Assembly: GCA_934085825.1 (NCBI GenBank)
Contig: CAKOHR010000002.1
Location: 113,682-177,681 of the forward strand
DNA length: 64,000 bases
From: an uncultured Bacilli bacterium
GTDB lineage: Bacteria > Bacillota_I > Bacilli_A > RF39 > UBA660
Direction of reading: 5' to 3'
The notes under the pieces were generated by a model. The model did not search any database. It saw nothing but the letters and a program-made list of their open reading frames with translations, and was not told where the DNA came from. Each line of letters begins with the position of its first letter. Position 1 is the stretch's first letter. The translations under genes and the position numbers were made by a program. Positions 61,471 to 64,000 of this stretch are shown piece by piece.

Positions 61471-64000
61471 AAAAGTTAAAATTTAAAAAAATTAATTTAA
61501 AAAAGAAAGATAGTAATGGTAAAGTAAACGTTAAAGAAACAGTTTTGTCTATTTTATTAATCGGGGGTATAGCAATTATATCAATAATGCTCATATTTGC
61601 TTTATTTATTATAATTACTTCACCAGATTTTGATAAAGAAAAGTTATATTCTAAAGAATCAAGTGTTCTTTATTATAAAGATGGAACAACAGAACTAGCT
61701 AGACTTGGACAATATGATAGAGTTTTAGTAAATTATGATCAAATACCTGAAGTATTAGTTGATGCTATAGTGGCTACAGAAGATTCAAGATTTTTTCAAC
61801 ATAGTGGTTTAGATGTTGCACGTTTTGCTAAGGCATCTGTTGGTCAACTTCTAGGTAATGACTGGGCTGGTGGGGCTTCAACACTTACAATGCAAGTTGT
61901 TAAACAAACATATTCAAATAAAGCTACTCATGGTATAAAAGGTATTATTAGAAAATTTCAAGATATTTATATGGCGGTATTTAAACTAGAAAGTAGTTAT
62001 ACTAAGGAAGAAATTATTGAATTTTATGTTAATAGTCAATGGTTTGGATCAACAGGATCTTTAAATAATTCAGGATTTGCAGGTGTTGAACAAGCTTGTC
62101 AAAATTTCTTTGGTAAGTCTGTTTCAGATATATCACTCGCTGAAGCTTCAATTATTGCAGGAATGTTTCAAAATCCAAATTACTATAATCCTTATACAAA
62201 AACAAATAATTTAAGAAAACGTCAAAATACGGTTTTAACCCTTATGGTAAACCATGGTTATATCACTGAAGAAGAAAAGGAAGCAGTTCTTGCTATTCCA
62301 ATTGAATCACTTTTAATAAAAAAAGAAAATCAAGCAAGTAGTGAAAACAGAGCTTCAATAGATTACATTATTAATGAAGTAGAAAGTGATACTGGATATG
62401 ATTTACGTGAAGTACCTATGAAAATTGTCACTACAATAGATAAAAATGTTCAAGATGTTTTAAATCAACTTGAAAAAGGAGAAATTTATGAGTTTCCAAA
62501 TGAATACATGCAAGAAGGTATTGCAATTACTGATATGGAAACAGGAGGATTAACAGCAATATCTGGTGGTAGAAATTATGGTGCTAGAGGTACAAATAGA
62601 GCTACTACTAAAAGACAACCAGGATCAACTGCTAAAATACTTTTTGATTACGGTCCTTACATTGAATATCTTAATGGTTCCCCTGCTACTTTATTCCTAG
62701 ATGAAGAAACAACTTATTCAAATGGAACACCAATAAAAAATGCCGATGGTAAATATAACGGACTAATGACAATGCGTGATGCTCTAGCAGCTTCAAGAAA
62801 CATTCCAGCATTAAGAGCTTTTCAGGCTGTATATAAAGAAAATCCTGACTATATTAAAAACTTTGTTAAAAATTTAGGAATTGATTATGGCGATGAATTA
62901 TATGAATCTGCTGCAATTGGTGGTTTTGATGGTGTTAGTCCAGTACAAATGTCAGCTGCTTATGCCGCTTTTGGTCGTGGTGGGTATTATATTAAACCTT
63001 ATTCTTATTCCGAAGTAACAATTTTAGATACTGGTAAAGTAATAACTAAGAAAAATGAAAAAGTTAAAGTTATGAGTGAAGAAACGGCATATATGATAAC
63101 TGATATACTTATTACAGCTGCCCAAAGAGGTGTTGGCGGAGTTACAGTTAGTGGTACTCAAATAGCAGCTAAGTCTGGGACAACAAACTTAGATAAAGCA
63201 ACTACAGAAAAACTTGGTATTCCAGCATCTGCAACTAGAGATGCATGGAATATTACCTACTCTCCAGAATATGCAATTGCTTTATGGGTTGGTTATGATG
63301 TTAATAATTCTGATCACTATTTAAACGCTACAATTGGTGGTAGAGTAAGAAATGCTGTTATGAAGGCAGTTGGTTCTAAAGTTTATAATAAAAATAAAAC
63401 GTTTTCCAAACCCAGTGGGATCATACAAGTAGAAGTTGAAAGAGAAACTATTCCTACTGCTCTACCTTCTGATTATACTCCATCAAACTTAAGAATGATA
63501 GAAATATTTAAGGAAGGTACAGAACCTACTGAAAATTCATCAAGATTTGAAAAATTAAGTGCTCCTACTAATGGTTCAGGAACAAATGATGGTGCACAAA
63601 TTAAATTAAAATGGAATGGTATAGCTACTCCTGATGCTGTAAATACAAGTTACTTACAAGAATATTTCAATAAATATTTTGATAGATCTGCAAGTAGATA
63701 TTATGAGATAAGGGTTGCTTATAATAATAATTATGTTGGATCACTTGGATATAATATTTATGAACAAAATTCTGATGGAAGTCTTACTTATTTAGGACGT
63801 ACTGGTGATACAAGTTATAGTGTACCTAATCCATCTAAAGGAAATGTTACTTATGTAATCAAATCTGCTTATTCATTATTTTCAGCTAATATGAGTGATG
63901 GATTGCAAATAAAAGTAAATACAGGTATGGATTCAAATGTTGAAAATATTATAAAACCTGGTCAAGATGATAGTAATAATAGTAGTAACAATACTAATAA
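61467..64000 (+). CDS. ponA: Penicillin-binding protein 1A (bifunctional transglycosylase/transpeptidase); 3' end beyond the window
   Basis: N-terminal TM segment; GT51 motifs (EDSRFFQHSGLD, ...); transpeptidase motifs SGAK-like / KTG; the ORF is open to the window end. Confidence 0.85.
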   Translation, partial: MKKLKFKKINLKKKDSNGKVNVKETVLSILLIGGIAIISIMLIFALFIIITSPDFDKEKLYSKESSVLYYKDGTTELARLGQYDRVLVNYDQIPEVLVDAIVATEDSRFFQHSGLDVARFAKASVGQLLGNDWAGGASTLTMQVVKQTYSNKATHGIKGIIRKFQDIYMAVFKLESSYTKEEIIEFYVNSQWFGSTGSLNNSGFAGVEQACQNFFGKSVSDISLAEASIIAGMFQNPNYYNPYTKTNNLRKRQNTVLTLMVNHGYITEEEKEAVLAIPIESLLIKKENQASSENRASIDYIINEVESDTGYDLREVPMKIVTTIDKNVQDVLNQLEKGEIYEFPNEYMQEGIAITDMETGGLTAISGGRNYGARGTNRATTKRQPGSTAKILFDYGPYIEYLNGSPATLFLDEETTYSNGTPIKNADGKYNGLMTMRDALAASRNIPALRAFQAVYKENPDYIKNFVKNLGIDYGDELYESAAIGGFDGVSPVQMSAAYAAFGRGGYYIKPYSYSEVTILDTGKVITKKNEKVKVMSEETAYMITDILITAAQRGVGGVTVSGTQIAAKSGTTNLDKATTEKLGIPASATRDAWNITYSPEYAIALWVGYDVNNSDHYLNATIGGRVRNAVMKAVGSKVYNKNKTFSKPSGIIQVEVERETIPTALPSDYTPSNLRMIEIFKEGTEPTENSSRFEKLSAPTNGSGTNDGAQIKLKWNGIATPDAVNTSYLQEYFNKYFDRSASRYYEIRVAYNNNYVGSLGYNIYEQNSDGSLTYLGRTGDTSYSVPNPSKGNVTYVIKSAYSLFSANMSDGLQIKVNTGMDSNVENIIKPGQDDSNNSSNNTN

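Overview
This is an AT-rich chromosomal segment (about 27-30% GC) from a low-GC, cell-walled member of the Bacillota, with Bacilli/Erysipelotrichia-like gene order. Most of the window is conserved core genome, annotated in the feature list. It includes the yqeG-yqeH, polA-fpg, mraZ-rsmH-ftsL-pbpB, tkt-(sirA-like)-yneF, rodZ-pgsA and gpsB-rnpB-recU-ponA neighbourhoods. Between the core genes sit several small accessory inserts: a membrane-anchored serpin; an LRR/transglutaminase-like surface protein; an Rpn-family PD-(D/E)XK protein that interrupts the dcw cluster; a DinD-like gene inside the xseAB operon; a HipA-like kinase domain; a sortase-like pair; and a decayed IS/DUF4143 patch. RNA features recognised by eye are a type-B RNase P RNA, tRNA-Arg(CCG), an Ile-type T-box leader on ileS, MraZ operator repeats, and an orphan SAM-I riboswitch with no downstream gene. 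The strongest candidate for an undescribed system is in the 620-bp intergenic region at 58206-58828. There, a near-consensus promoter drives a terminated ~118-nt plus-strand sRNA that converges on a 27-aa strongly hydrophobic peptide ORF on the minus strand. The peptide has a near-perfect Shine-Dalgarno sequence and an SD-sequestering 5'-UTR hairpin, the two transcripts share a terminator, and the pair is flanked by ~34-bp inverted repeats. This looks like a type I toxin-antitoxin module, with a second partial copy of the sRNA 5' element next to pgsA. A second notable region contains two paralogous secreted proteins with TasA-like SipW-cognate signal peptides next to a tyrosine recombinase. 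One paralog ends in a ~400-bp island of ~55% GC that encodes a DUF6273-like GVRP C-terminus and looks like a foreign recombination patch. All calls rest on motif recognition by eye; no database search was run.
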